In this document: piece by piece, positions 13,201 to 26,553 of the stretch
How positions within the stretch are numbered: the first letter of the stretch is position 1
Layout: every line of letters begins with the position of its first letter
From: Cyanophora paradoxa CCMP329
Lineage: Eukaryota > Plantae > Glaucophyta
Direction: 5' to 3'
Length of the DNA stretch: 64,000 bases
NCBI GenBank assembly: GCA_004431415.1
Contig: QPMI01000032.1
Span: 62,001 to 126,000, forward strand
Notes under the pieces: model-generated
Databases searched by the model: none
The model's input: the letters and a program-made list of their open reading frames with translations, nothing else
What the model was told of the DNA's origin: nothing
Translations under genes and position numbers: made by a program

Positions 13201-15249
13201 GGGATTCCCCCCGTCGCCTCTGCAGTGCACGCGGCGCGCCCTTAGCGAAGAAGAGAGGGGGGGGAGGGAGGGGAGAAGTGGGGGTACGGACCCTCGTCCG
13301 AGAGGAGAGCGGTCACCTCGAGGATGCGGTCGAGGCGCTCGTTCGCCCGGGACCAGCCGCCCTGGGCCCCGATCTCCTGGAGGAGCCCGAGGACCCTCTG
13401 CGCCTGCGCGCCGGCCGCCGCCGCTGGAAGCAGAAGAGACGCGTCGCCGCCGCCGGCGCCGCCGTCGCCGCCGGGGGCGCCCCCGGCGCCCACCAGCAGG
13501 CTGAGGCCCGATATGATCCCGCCCACGACGGATGCGGCGCGGCTCTTGCGCCGCATTGCCAGCAGGTCGGCACCGGAGGCCGCCGCCGAGGGCGCCGCCG
13601 CCCCCGCCGCCCCCGCCGCCGCCCCCGCCGCCGCCGCAGCCGCCGCCCCCGCCGGCGCGCTCCAGGGCCCGGCCGCCCGCCGGTCCCGCGGCAGCGGCTT
13701 CGGGCCCCGCGTGGGATCGGGTAGGCCCAGGCCGGCCCCGAGCCCCAGCACGCCCCCCTCCGCTGTGAAGTACGTCGCGTCGGAGGGGTACAGCGTCGTG
13801 GCCCGGCGGCGGGCGGCGCCGGCCCCCAGGGACTCCAGGAAGGCTCCCAGGAGGCGGGAGGGCCAGCTCTTGCGGGGGCCGCCGGCGCCCGCCTGCTCCG
13901 GGGCCGCGGCGCGCCCGCGGGACGGGGCGGAGGAGGGGGAAGAGTAGGAGGAGCCCTTTCGAGGCTCGGCGGGCAGGGTCCGCACGAGCCGCCGGGCGCG
14001 GCCGGCCTCCCCGCCCGGGGGGGCGGCCGGGTCGGCGGGGTCCTTCGCCGGGAAGAAGAGGGCAGGGACCGGCTTGGCACCCCCCCGGGGCCCGGCCTCG
14101 GGCTCCGTCGGGGGGGCCGAGGCGGGGGCAGCCTTGAGAATGCTGCTGCGCGCGCTTGGAGCTTCCTCGCTGGCGGGGCCGGTCGGACCGGGCGAGTCCC
14201 GCCCCGGCACCATAAGCGAGGTCCGGGGCGCCGGGGAGCCGCGCCCGGGGGCGGGGGCGGCCCCTTCAGGGGTAGAGTCCTCGAAGCGCGCCGAGCGGCG
14301 CATGGCGCTGGACTGCCGCCGAAGGATGCTGGCCCGGGGTACGGCCCCCGGGGAGGGCGTACCCCGCTCCCGGTCCGAGGCTCCGTCGGGGGCTGCCGGG
14401 GCGGGGGAGGGGGATGGGGACGCCCGGGGGGGAGGGCCCTCGTGGAACGAGATGAGGGAGGTGCGGCGGTTCGGGGTACCGGAATCCTGGAAGGAGGCGC
14501 GGGGGGCGGCCCAGGCTTCCCCCCCTCCGAAGGCGATGCGGCCCTTCGAACTGGACGCAGCGAGCCGCGAGGAGCGCGCGGTCGCCCCGCTCCCGTCCGG
14601 TCCCTCGGGCCCGAACGTGTCGAGCGCGCCGGCGCCGGCGCCGGCGCCGCCCGGGGCGCCGTGCAGGGACCCGCCCTCGGCCGCCGCGGCCAGCGCCCGG
14701 GCGCTCGCGACGGAGCGCCGCCGCGGCGGCTCGCCTGCCCCGGGCGCGAGCGCCGCGACAAGTCCCGGCCCCGCCGCGATGGCGCGCGCCGACGGGATGA
14801 CCGACTGCCGCCGCGAGCTGCGCCACGGGGCCGGGGCCGGGGGCGGCGGACGAGCGTGAGGCGGGGACCGCTCTGGAACCGCTTCCACCGACATCGCTTA
14901 CCGTAGGAGAGCGTTCAGCGCGCCCTGCGCGTCGTCCACCGTCTCCAGCTGCGCCGAGGAGCGCGGCCCGTGCAATGACTCGTCGGGGGCCGCGAAGTGG
15001 AACGAGGAGCGGCGCTTCGCCTGCTGCCGGAACCGCTCCGCCGCATCTGCGAGGGCGGATAGCTCTCAGAGTGTGACCGCGCGGCGCGCCGCCCAACAGG
15101 CGGGGCAGCTGGCAGCGACCAGGAGGCGGCGCAGCTAGCCCGCGCCGCGCCGCGCGCGGCCGCCGGCCATTTCCAACCCACTCACCCAGTTCTTCTTCGG
15201 TGGAGCCCTTGCGGCGGGCCCCGCCGCCGCGGCTCGCCCCGCCGCCCAT
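10300..15249 (-). CDS. Large multi-exon low-complexity hypothetical protein, possibly N-myristoylated
   Basis: Starts MGGGAS (G2/S6). Long ORFs 13242-14894 and 10862-12556 with host-like codons, separated by intron-like tracts, and an (STHR)n repeat. The 3' end is approximate. Confidence 0.5.
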
Positions 15250-15798
15250 GTTGCCCTTCTTGCCTTACTTGGAGATGTCGCTGCTGGTGGGGCGCCGGCT
15301 ACCTTGCGGGCGTTCCAACTCCAGCTCCCAGAAGCATCTCAGACCGACCGCGGCCCGATTCGGGAAAGCAGGGCGCGGTGGGGGGCAGAGAAGGCGGAGG
15401 GGTACGGTAGTGCAAATTGTGCTCTTGTACCCAAGTTTAGTCCGAAAAAGGCCCTGAGCTTGAGGAGGTTTACTGTGAACCTTACCTTTCGGGAGACGGG
15501 CCTCAGACGGCGGGTCATGAATCATGATCACGGCCCCACCGTGGCACGGGTGATCATATGTATGCATGCGCATGCGCATGATGCGCATGCGCATGCGCAG
15601 AGGCGCCGCCGCGCCGGATCGCGGAGCCCGGAGGCTCTAAATAAGCATAGAGGTGTTGCCGGCAATCTGTGTTGCATCACACCTTCCATTTACGTCCCAT
15701 TCACAGGCCCCATTCCCCATGCATCATGCAGGTGACATGATGCGGAATCCTGCTGAATCAGTGCTGATCATGATAAGTTGATAACGTACGCTTTGGCG

Positions 15799-18594
15799 TA
15801 GGCCTGCGGCTTGCCGTCAAGCGCTTGAGCCAAAGCTCAAGCCGGGCTGGGGCGGCAAGCGCTTGCCCGGCTTTTGGCCGGCTCAAGCCGGCTCAAGCCC
15901 GGCGGGGGGGGGGGGGGGGGGGGGGGGGGCGCCTGCGTTCGCATCATCGCCGGCATGCCGCCCAAGAGCAAGAGCGTGCAGACGCTGCTCGGCAAGGGGG
16001 CCGACGGCAACATCTCGTTTCAACGGCAGCCTGAAGCTGCAGCGAGATCTTCGAGCTCGCCTCCGCCCAGCGAAGGCGATGGGGGCGACACGTCAGCAGC
16101 AGCCAGGGCGGACTTCCGCCCCATGGCTGAGGAGCTGTGGGTCGTCAAGATGAGAAGGCTTCCGTCGTGGTCTGGAAACGCGGCAAGGCCATCCAGGGCT
16201 ATCGCGGCGTGAGCAGCGAGCCGAATGCAGCGATGTGCCTCCTCGACCATCCTCAGCGCAAAGGGGAGCGGTGCGGCGCTGTCTTCAACATCAAGGCCAG
16301 CACGAACCTCTCCAACCATTTCAACAATTACCACGGCATCTACGAGGAGTCCGAGCCGTCCGCGCAGCACGCGGATGGGCAGTCGACTCTCGGCCCTGCC
16401 TTCCAGAAGGTGCCGCCGCGGCCTGCGTGACTGCATGCGCAGCGACTGCATGCACAGCGACCTATAGCTAACTCGCTCCCGCGGCCCGCGAGCAGGAGGA
16501 GCCGTACGATCGGGATGAGAACCTGGCAAAGCACTACGACGTTGCGCGAGCGATCGTATGCGGCTTGCTCGCATTCGCCGTGGTCGGCGCCGCGTGGTTT
16601 CGCGGCCTTGCAGGCGCCCTGAACCCGTGCGCCCATCCCCGGCCTTCGCCTCCGCGCTTGGCCGCGCGTCGTCGCGGCTAAACTTCCTTGCTTGCAGGCG
16701 CTATCGTCCGACCGATCGCGGGACGATCCGAAAGCTCATTCTTGAAGAGGCCGCCCGCCAGCGCACGAGCCTGAAGACGGCGCTGGCGCAAGGCAAGACG
16801 CGCATAGTGGGCCGAGTGCACGGGACGTCAGACGTCTGGACGAGCGTCGCGCGCCGCGCCTACATAAGCTTTACGATCCACTGGCTCGACGAGGTGCGGG
16901 GCCAGGCTCTGCGCATATTATCATGCCCCCCTGATTCGAAATCGCTTTCAGGACTTCAACTTGCACTCGCGATGCCTGGAAGTCAAGCGCTTTATAAGCC
17001 CACACACAGCAGTGCGAATCAAGGAAGTTATCAAGAACTTCATTACCGAATGGGGACTTCAAGATCAGGCGCGTTCCCTTACGTTTCACTTCAAAGCTTT
17101 GTCCTCTACTGAATTATTCTGTGGCAGATTATGTACCTAGTGCACGACGAGGGCTCCAACTTCAAGGCAGCTTCGAGGATGGCAGAGGAGGAAGCGGTTC
17201 AGGGCGGGGCGCCAGCGCAGTTCAACCTGGAAGAAATCGAGGAGCAGGAATTCTTCGCTGATGGTGAAGCCGACCCAGAAGATGCCCAGCCCATCAGCTG
17301 GTCCCCGGCGCCCTGTGCTTCTCTGGCCCTGTGCCCCGCCCCGCCCCGCCCCGCCCCGCCCCGCCCCGCCCCCCGGGCCCGCCCCGCCCGCCCCGCCCCG
17401 CCCCGCCCGCCCCGCCCCGGGCCCGCCCCGCCCCGTCCCGCCCATTTCTTGATCATGATTTATTCGCAGAAATTCAAGAAGGAGCTGCTCTCCAACTTCG
17501 ACGCCAAGATCGGCGGCACTTACAGAACGGAGGACTTCCTCGCTTCTGCTTTCGACCCCCGCTTCAAGAGCCTCGGCTTCCTCACCTTCACCGGCACCGA
17601 CGCCACCTCTCTCGTGCGCTGCCCCTCTCTGAATTCACCACCCTCTCTGTTCCGAATTCACTGGCGCAGCGCAATGGCATTATCGCCATGCGGAACGAGC
17701 ACATCCGCCTGGAGTATGAGCGCCAGTGCGCCGAGGCCCAGAAGAAGCTGGAGGAGGCGGCGGCCAAGGCGGCCGCTGCGGCCGCCGCGGCTGCAGCCGG
17801 CGCCGGTGCCAGCACAGGCGCTGGCGCCGCTGGCGCATCTCAGTCCTCATCCCCGGCGGCCCCACTTTCTAGCTTTGAGCAGAAGCTTCTTGCAGTGACC
17901 TCTTCGAATTTTGTTTCACTTCCTGCTGCTGGGTCCTCCTCCCAGCCTCATGTTCAGGCTCCGCAGCTTAAGAGCTACCTGACAGAGATAGCCGATTGGA
18001 ATGCGCTGCAGCCCATTCTTTGGAGGGATGATCCTCTTTCCTGGTTTCGTGCCCATAAGGCCGAGTTTCCTTATGTTTCTGCGCTGTACCGTGACTACGG
18101 CTCTAGGCCAGGATCTTCCACTTTTTCTGAGCGTATCTGGTCGCACGGCGGCCTCTGTGTCAGCGAGAACAGATCTAGCCTTGCCGACGACTCTGTTTCA
18201 TCAATCATGTTACTTTACGAGTCGTGGCTAGCTGGCATTCCGATTTTCGACAAGGCAGGTATGCTCTCTACCGGTTCTGGCAAGCGCAAGGCAGATGCCA
18301 TTAGCGGTTCCAGCGAGGCTGACCCTCTTCAGCTCGATTAGATGTGCGTGTTCCTTTCGAATTCGAATTCGAAGCTGAAGCTGCTGAACGTTAACACGCT
18401 AATCGCTGCGGCGCTAAGGGCCTGTGAAAGGGTACCCCCCCTTCGGCTTGCCTCAAGCCGGGCCAAGCGCTTGACCCGGCCAAGTGGCCAAGCGCTTGTC
18501 CGGGCCGGCCGGCCGGCTTGGCTTGGCTTGGCCACGAGCGCCCCGGGCTTGGCTTGACTTGAGCCGACTTTCTGGCGGTCAAGCCGCACCCCTA
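15799..18594 (+). mobile_element. hAT-superfamily DNA transposon (2796 bp), probably internally deleted
   Basis: 15-bp TIRs TAGGCCTGCGGCTTG / CAAGCCGCACCCCTA (13/15 match). Perfect 8-bp TSD CTTTGGCG at 15791-15798 and 18595-18602. Many subterminal CAAGCC/GGCTTG motifs. Confidence 0.93.
15955..18341 (+). pseudogene. Intron-containing hAT transposase, likely defective
   Basis: BED finger (C...C...TNLSNHFNNYH), SDVWTS, VHDEGSNF, AFDPRFK and the hATC dimerisation motif DPLSWF...FPYVSALYRDY..PGSSTFSERIWS. Apparent frameshift near 16137; CxxH and RW insertion-domain motifs not found. Confidence 0.8.
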
Positions 18595-19332
18595 CTTTGG
18601 CGTACATCATGATCATGGTGATTCGTGCACGTGATTAGCTTGCAACTTGCAAGTTGCAAAAAGAGATCGTGAGATTCGTGACGTCAAACGCTGTTGCATG
18701 CGTCGTTTCGCTGCGCCGGTTCGACGATCGGTGTGCAATGAGCAATGCGCATCGCGCTCATCCGGATCCTGGGTACCGGTGCAGAGCGCACCTGCTCGCA
18801 TGTCGATATGCTTTGCGCTGATCGGATGAGCTGATAAGTGCTTAACGTACCGGCGCTCAGCGGCTGCCGCCTGCTAGCCTGCGCATGCACTGCGGCAGGG
18901 TGATGCAACCAAGTTACAGTTCAGCGTTGACAGCTGCAGCTGCACGTTTTGTGTACGCGTAGGCCGGCGCGCGAAGCTTTACGCCATCATCGGCGCAAGC
19001 CGTCAACGTCGAAGCGCCGATCAGATCAGTACTAGTCGGCCGCGACCCGCAGCTGCATTTCATCGCGCATAGCAGGCTCCACCATCGGCGCGGCACTGCC
19101 AGTCGTCGGCCGCAGCGGCCCAAAGCGCTAGCGCCATCGTTTCAAATTCGCCCGGCTCTGCATGCAGCGCACGATTGCCAACTGAAGTTGCAATCCGAGG
19201 ACGGGCCGAACCAAGAATCCATCCAAATAACTTCGGAACGCCGCGCACGACGGCGGATGCCAGCGGCAGCAGCCGGAGCAGCACGAGCGGAGAGAGGACC
19301 GAGCGCGACCGCAGCAGCGGCACCGAGCCGAC

Positions 19333-22300
19333 ATGACGGAGTTGATGCGTTGGAGTTCGTCGCCACGAGGGGCCGGATCCGCCAAGCCCGCAATTTCAAG
19401 TCCAGGAGGGCCGGCCGACATCGATGACCCGAACATGAAGTACTACGCCGGGCTGCGGAGCGCCGCTTCATCGCTTGCGTCGGCGGCGTCCGTCTGCTTC
19501 GAATACGCGAGCGCGCGGGTGCGGCGCGTGATCGACCCGCCGCCCGCCCTCGCGCCGGACCCCGTCCTGTCATCCCAGACATGGTCCGTCGACGTCGACG
19601 TCGAATTCCTCTCTCTCGCGCGCGCTGACGAACTTGCTCCAGGACCGCTCTGACGACGCTGCTCGGCATCTGCGTCTGCTCCGCACTCTCCGTCGTGCTC
19701 TACCTGGGGCACGCGCCGGTGCGCCCCGCCCGCTCGCCCGCGCCGCGTCCTCCCGTTCTTGCTTCGTTGACGAACTCTGCGGCCGCGGCCGCGCGCAGCT
19801 CCACTGGGCGGCGCTGCTGCTCGCCGCGGGCTGCCTGGTCCTCCTCCGCCGCGGCGTGGGCCCGCTGGGCCGGGACCCCGCGCTCGCCGTCGCCGCCTTT
19901 CAGAGCGCCCTCGCCGCCTCCGCGCTCGTCCTGGGGCCTGGCCCCGGCCACGCCCTCGCCGCGTACTGCGCGGCCGCGGGAGTCTGCACGTGCGGGCGGC
20001 CCCCCCTCCCGAGCTCACCTCACCTGACCCGCCTTCCTCCCGGCTCGCCTGACGCATCCGATTTCCCGCAGAGCCTCCCTGGCCCCCGCCCTCTGGACCC
20101 TCGCCTCGACTGGCTTCGCGGCGCTGGCGATGACCGCAGCGGGGGCGCCCGGGGCCGGCCCCCTCGCGGCCGCCGTCGCCGCCGCCGGCCTCGCCACTAG
20201 CGAGCTCGCCCGCCTCTGCCTCGACTTTGACGAGTGAGCAACGCAGCGGGCGAGCTCGTGAGTCACGGCTCATGAATCCGCCGCGCAGGGCCGCCAAGCT
20301 CCAGGAGGTCGTCACGGCCAACGTGACTCACGAGCTCCGCACGGTGCGGTACCCCCCCTCCCCCCTACTCCTCCCTCCCCCTGACGGTCCCTTCTTTTCT
20401 CCCGCAGCCGTTGATGGCGATCGTGGGGAGTCTGGAAGTCATGGACAAGGCCAGGTGCCCGCCCCCTCCCCCCCTCCTCCTCCTCCTCCTTGCCCCCCCA
20501 CCCCCCCCACCCCCCTCCTCCTTCCCCCCTCCTCCTCCCCCCCGCCCCGGATCAAATCTGTTTAGAGTCCAAGCCGCTCATATTTGGCTCATTCTATGAC
20601 CTGGGCCGTTCAATCTAGAGATCCACCTATCCCACCTACCCATCGAGACCGTTATATCGAGACTCACGATGCGGCGGGCTCCTCGGGCGCAGGCTGGCGG
20701 CGGAGGAGCGGCGCATGGTCTCCATCGTCTCCCTCGCCGCCGAGCGCATGCTCGGCCTCGTCAACCAGGTCCGAGAGACTCTGAGAGAAAGGGGCGAGAC
20801 CTAGACGCCCGGCGCGCTGGTGGCTGGCTTTGCTTGGCTTGGCTAGACGCCCTTTATCCGCCTCTTCTCCGCCCCCTCTTACTTCGCCCCTTCTCCTCTT
20901 CTCCGCCCCTTTGCTCACCTCCGCCCCCTCTCACTTCGCCCCTTCTCCTCTTCTCCTCCCCTTTGCTCACCTCGCCCCCCCCCCCCCCCCCCCCCCCCCT
21001 CAGCTGCTGGACGCGGCGAAGATCGACTCGGGCTCGCTCGAGATCCACGCCGAGTCCTTCGCCCTCGACGAGGCCGCCGAGTCCGCCTGCTCCCTCATGG
21101 CCGGTGCGATACGATCGCAGGAAGAAGCTTAGGAAGCATAGCAAAGGAAGAAGCATGGGAAGCATAAGATCGTAGGCATAAGAAGCCGGTTTGCTTTCTC
21201 ATGGCCGGTCCGCACGCGCGCCGTCCCCGATCACAAGATCAAGAGGGAGCATAAGATCATAAGCATAAGTTCTCTTGAGGGCGCAGCCGCCCCGCCCCGC
21301 CCCGTCTGACCGGTCGGCGGGGCCGCGCAGCGCGGGCGGCGGAGGCGCTGGTGGCGCTGGAGGTCGAGGTGGCTGCCGCCTGCCGGCGCGCCTTCCGCGG
21401 GGACGCCAGCAAGCTCAACCAGGTCCTCATGAACCTCCTCAGGTGACATCCGATCTGAGTATTCCATGTGAGGTCCTGTTCCTCGCCTCGCTGAGGAGGA
21501 ACGGTCGCCCGGCAGCAACGCGATCAAGTTCGGGCCGGGGGGAACGGTCTCCCTGCGGGTCGCCCCGCACGCCTGCGAGGCGGCGGGGGCCGGCCTCCTG
21601 TGCGGCGCCTGCTCCCTGGCCGACACCGACGGCGGAGGCAGCGCCCAGTCCGGCAGCGGCCGGCGGCGCCGCAGCCGCCGCCGGACCGGCCACGGGAGCC
21701 CCAAGTCGCCCTCGGCGGCCGGCAGCGGCGACGAGCCCGCGCCGGCCCAGGGTGGTACGTGGCTCCAAGGGCTCTCGAGCCTCGCCGCGGGCCCCGGGTC
21801 CAAGGCGGGGCCCGGGGCGGCGGCGACGGCCTCGCCGAGGGCGAGCGCCGGGCCTCGGCGCACAGCTCGGGGGGCGAGGAGCTGGAAGGGGCCGCGCGGG
21901 CCTCTCCGCCGCTGCCCGGCGGCGTCGGCTGCTGCTGCTGCGCGGCGCCGCAGCGGGCGGGGCACAGCCTCGTGGACCTCGTGGTCTCGGACTCGGGCCC
22001 GGGCGTGGCTCCCGGCGACCTCCCGCGCCTGTTCAAGCGCTTCTCGCAGCTCGAGCCGCGCCCCGGCTCCGGCGCCGGCGGGCGGCCCAAGGGCACCGGC
22101 CTCGGCCTCGCCATCGTCGCTGGCCTCCTCTCCAAAATGTGCGCCGCTCGGATTCAGACCCACCTGACCCGACCCCGCTGTGACTCACGCGCGTCTCGTG
22201 GCGCAGGGGCGGCCACGTGCGTGTCTCCTCGGAGCTCGGCCGGGGCACCTCGTTCATCGTCACCGTACCCCTCGAGCTCGACGAGCCTGCGGCGGACGTC

Positions 22301-23513
22301 GCCGCCGCCGCGCCGGACGCGCCGCTGCGCCGCGCGTGGCCGCGGAACGCGTACGCCTCCCGCCGGAGCCCCTCGATCGCCTCGACGGGTACCTCGTTCT
22401 CCGGGCTCTCGTCCTCCTGTACTCTCGTCTCCAGCGTCCCCTCCGCCTCGGCCGCCTCCTCCGCCTCCGCCTCCTCCTCCGCCTCCTCCGGGGCTGTGCT
22501 CCTGCGGGCGCCGCACCTCCGCCGCCGGCGCTTCAGCATGCCGCCGGTGCTCTTGGGCCTGGAGGGCCCCGAGCCGGCGCCGGGGCTCTCCTCGGCGCCC
22601 CCGCTTTGTGCCGGATTCGCCTCCGGCGGGCTCGTCTCTTTCTTCGGGCAGAACGCGCTGGGCGGCGCCTGCGCCTCCGACGGGGAAATCGATCCGTACG
22701 CCGCCGTGGACGCCATCGCCGTGAGCCGCAAGCTCAGCACGCTCACCATCGTCTCCGACGTGGGGCCCGCCCCGCCCGTCCCCAGCCTTCCGGCGGGCCC
22801 CCCGGCCCCCCGCGTCCTCGTCTGCGATGACGACCCGGTACCCCCTTTTCAGATTTGATAATACGAGAAGACGAAGCGCTGATTTGATCCGTCCGCTCAG
22901 GTGAACCGCCTCCTGGCCGAGCGCATGCTCAAGAGCCTCGGGGCGGCGCCCGAGGTGGCCGCCAGCGGGCCGCAGGCCTCTGCCATGTACGCCGCCGCCC
23001 TGCGTACCCCCTGCGCCCACGAGGCCCCGGGGCCCTACCGCGTCGTCATCCTCGACCTGAACGTGCGTACCCCCTCCCCCAAGACGAGAGAGCCGTTTAT
23101 ACCCCGCTGACTCCCCGCGTTAGATGCCAGGCTACTCGGGGTACGACGTGGCGAGGGAGCTGCGGCGGCTGGAGGCGAACGAAGGCGGGGTACGGGCGGC
23201 GCTGGTGGCGTGGACGGCGAGCGGGGGCGCGGACGTCGAGCCGAAAGCGGCTGCGGCGGGATTCGACCGCGTGCTCCGCAAGCCGTGCCGCCGCGCTGAG
23301 TTCCGCGAGCTCCTCGAGCAGCTCGGCGCCCTGCCCCCCGCCCCCGCCCCGGCCCCTGCCCCCGCCCCGGACCCCGCCCCCGCCCCCGCACATGAAACGC
23401 CGTACTCCCTCGAGGTCATCCTCCCCCCCGTCCCCTCCAACTCCCCCGCCGACTCCTCCCCCCCTTCCCGGGAGCGGCCGGCCCCAGCGGCCGGCCCCAG
23501 CGCCAGCGACTGA
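19333..23513 (+). CDS. Membrane-bound hybrid sensor histidine kinase (TM, HisKA, HATPase_c, receiver), multi-exon
   Basis: H-box VTHELRT/PL, LLDAAKIDSG, N-box KLNQVLMNLL/NAIKF, G1 VSDSGPGV, F-box LFKRFSQ, G2 GTGLGLAIV. Receiver VLVCDDDP..NR, ILDLN/MPGYSGYDV, AWTAS, VLRKP. Hydrophobic N-terminal exons. Start uncertain. Confidence 0.9.
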
Positions 23514-25024
23514 GAACGAAGGCCCGCTCGGTTCGGTCCGAGGCTGGGTGCCCCCCGTAGTATTAGCGCTGGCCTTCTAGTGTTGCAGTGCTCTGAAGGG
23601 TTTTGAGGGGCCGGCCTCAACTATCGTTCCGCTCTATTATCTTATTGTTTTCTTATTCGCAGATATCAGTCAGATTCATTTATTGGTTGGAGGTATTTAT
23701 TCGCAGTGCTAGTGTGTCGTGCCCGGAGTCGCTAGAGACATGCGCTCCCAATTATGTCGCAGGGTTTTGCATTCACGTTCGTATAGGTAGCTATAGCCGC
23801 ATTGTTTCTTCGTGCAGCATCCGAGCGTTTGCTGTGGCCCAGTGGCGTTTTTTACCTTAGTTGACGAATTTTGGTGTGGTTGTCATTCTTCATTTTACAG
23901 ACATGCAGGTTCGCTTCCAAAGACATGATGAAGCTTAGTTTCGTATTTCCAGTTCAACAGTAAGCTCTTGTGGTGGCCTCAATTACATAAGCATTCGTAC
24001 GGTATGCTTTCCTTGCAGCATCGATATCCTCGCGGTCGATATCGTCGTCGGTATTATCGCATTGAAATTGTATTCGCACAGTGTGCGGCTCGGTCTCGAT
24101 CTTTCTACTCTGTCAGGTTGTGGTCCCGGCCGTTGGCTCGAGCTTCTTTGGCTTAGTCCTTTCAAGTTTGGATCTGGAGCCGCTGCCAGGCGTTGAATAC
24201 TGTGATTGACCATGTTAGACAGTGCTAGCTTCGTGCTTACAATTGCAAGGTCGATTTTTAATCGCCCCTAGGGGCCCGCAGCTTTGTTTATTTGCCGCAG
24301 TTCTCTAGGGCTTCGATCTCGCAATTTCTTGACATTGATAACAGTAGTACTTTGCTTCACTCGAATCGCTTCGTCTTATTAGCTATATCTAGAGTCCCAG
24401 ATTAACAGATCAAAATTTTGACATAGTCTGTTAATTTGCAATTGGGACTCTGCAGCTGTCGACGTCACTCTGCTAATTCGCTGCTGTTCAGTCGTCGACG
24501 TCTCATACAATCTATAGCTACCCCCCAAAAGTATCGCCCCATACAAGCATAAACAAGCGAGTCCCTGCGGAGCAGGAGTGACCTTAGGTCTTGAGGCTTC
24601 AAGGCGTGAGGGTGGCCGCTCTTTGTTTTATTATCGGGGCCCGCAGCCGCGCACCGGTACCGTAAGATCTAGATTCGTCGAGACCCGCGGCCGGCCGCGG
24701 CTTGACGTCTAGCTGACGATTTCGATCTGTTAATTTAATTTGGGACTGTTATATAACCAGACTCAGATTTATATAACCCACTAATTAACGGGCTGTTAAT
24801 CGAGGGTACTTCGAGGGTACCGGCGTACGCGTTACGCGTACCGCGAAGTAGTACATATACCGGTCGGACTCCGGGAGTCCGGGCCGGGACTCCGGATCCT
24901 ATACTATACTACCGTCACTAGTACCGTCACTACTACCGTGTAACTTCAACGGTGTAAGACTTATAATTAACGCGCTGACATATCTACCGCGCTGCCAAAT
25001 TACCGCACTCAAAAATTTCTATGG

Positions 25025-25600
25025 TCTATTTTGTCTTTGGTGAATTACCGGCCACAGTCTCTAGACACCAGCACTGCGGGGGCTGCCCAGGGGGCACAGG
25101 GACAAAGAGACAAAATAACTAAGACGAGAGTACGAAGAAGGACAAGACAAAGAGCCCCCCCGCGGCCAAAATCGACAAAAAAAAGGAAAAAGACAAAGCT
25201 AAGATAGACCGAGATCGAGAAGAGACGAAAAGCGATCGCGAACGAGACCGAGCAGATGTACATGTAGCGACAGATCCGGTATCCAGAGGATGATCATGAC
25301 AGACACGAGGAAGAGCTAGAGCTAGAGATAACATCAACGTTAACTTAGTAACATTTGAAGGAACCACATCACTAACAAGCTTAAGCGGAGAGCAGAATTG
25401 ATCATGAGAAAGATAAATCACACTGATCACAGGAAGCAGACAATTGCAAGTCAGAGGAACCACAAGACGACGTGGAGGCTGAGGCGAAGCAGGACGAAGC
25501 GAAAGGGCAGAGCTACGGCAAGGGGAGGACATGTACACAGAAGGCGGATCAGGCGGATCAAGACTCAAGAGCAGGCGTCTAGATCTTTTGCTAACAATTT
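25025..25600 (-). mobile_element. 5'-truncated non-LTR retroposon/SINE-like copy A
   Basis: Conserved 3' end ...GTCTAGAGACTGTGGCCGGTAATTCACC plus A-rich tail. Flanked by the 12-bp direct repeat AAATTTCTATGG (25013-25024, 25601-25612). Confidence 0.7.
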
Positions 25601-25670
25601 AAATTTCTATGGGCGGTTAACATTTGATGAAAACGCGGTAATTCGGTACGCATACCGATATCGATATTTG

Positions 25671-25950
25671 TTTTTTGGTGAATTACCGGCCACAGTCTCT
25701 AGACACCAGCACTGCGGGGGCTGCCCAGGGGGCATATACAACAAAGAGAACGACTGAAATAAGAAAATTAAGGCAAGAGCACTAAAAGCAACAAGACAGA
25801 GAGCCAAAATCGACCGTCAGACAGCAGAGGAAGAGAGTCCGAGAAGAGACGACGGACGAGAAAATCCGAGACGGAGATCGAGCACAGAAGAGGCAAAGAA
25901 GAGGAAATAGAGAGACACGAGAAAGAGCTAGAACCAGCACAGAGAACGCG
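25671..25950 (-). mobile_element. Same retroposon family, copy B
   Basis: Essentially identical ~55-bp 3' terminus preceded on + by a T-run; CT-rich body on the element strand. 5' boundary approximate. Confidence 0.65.
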
Positions 25951-26246
25951 CTAAAGCGCCTACGTATACCGACGGGCTACCGTTACCGTAGTACCGGCGC
26001 AGAAATTGTGGAACGCGCGGCTACGCGCCGCGGCGGGCCGGCGCCGTCACCGTAGGGGCCTGTACTGTAAGGCTGTACATGTGGGCTCAGCCTACTAGGC
26101 TGTACGCCGCTGTACTACGGTAGCCTGTAGGGCCGGTACCGCCGTACCGGTAATTAATATTTGTGGCGCGGTATTAATATTGAAGTCTTACGTGCACGGT
26201 AGCTCAATCATTGAATTTCCGATCGCGATTGTTCTTTCGATTCGCG

Positions 26247-26482
26247 AGTCTGGGAAGTTGAACCGGTAAACGGTTCAACTTCCCAGACTACTCTCTAGTA
26301 CTCTGAGACTTCCTAGTACTCTGAGACTTCCCGGACACTTCCAACTTTCCGGAATTTCAAAAAGTTTACGAACGACTAATCTGTCGGATTCTGTCCGAGT
26401 CTGGGAAGTTGAACCGTTTACTTACGAGTTTAACGGTTCAACTTCCCAGACTCGGACAGATTAGTCGTTCGTAAATTCCGGA
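26247..26482. repeat. Foldback/MITE-like palindromes
   Basis: Perfect 19-bp arms 26247-26265/26271-26289. Perfect 29-bp arms 26390-26418/26432-26460 on the same core, extended by outer arms 26365-26385/26455-26475. Confidence 0.85.
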
Positions 26483-26553
26483 AATTCGAGTTCCCGCCAA
26501 CTTTTTTTTGGCAACTTCCCGGAAATTGGCCGGAATCCCGAGTCCGCCGGGCG

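Noticed and set aside
23600-24300. Lower-GC stretch as another viral fragment
   Set aside because: No long ORF or recognisable motif.
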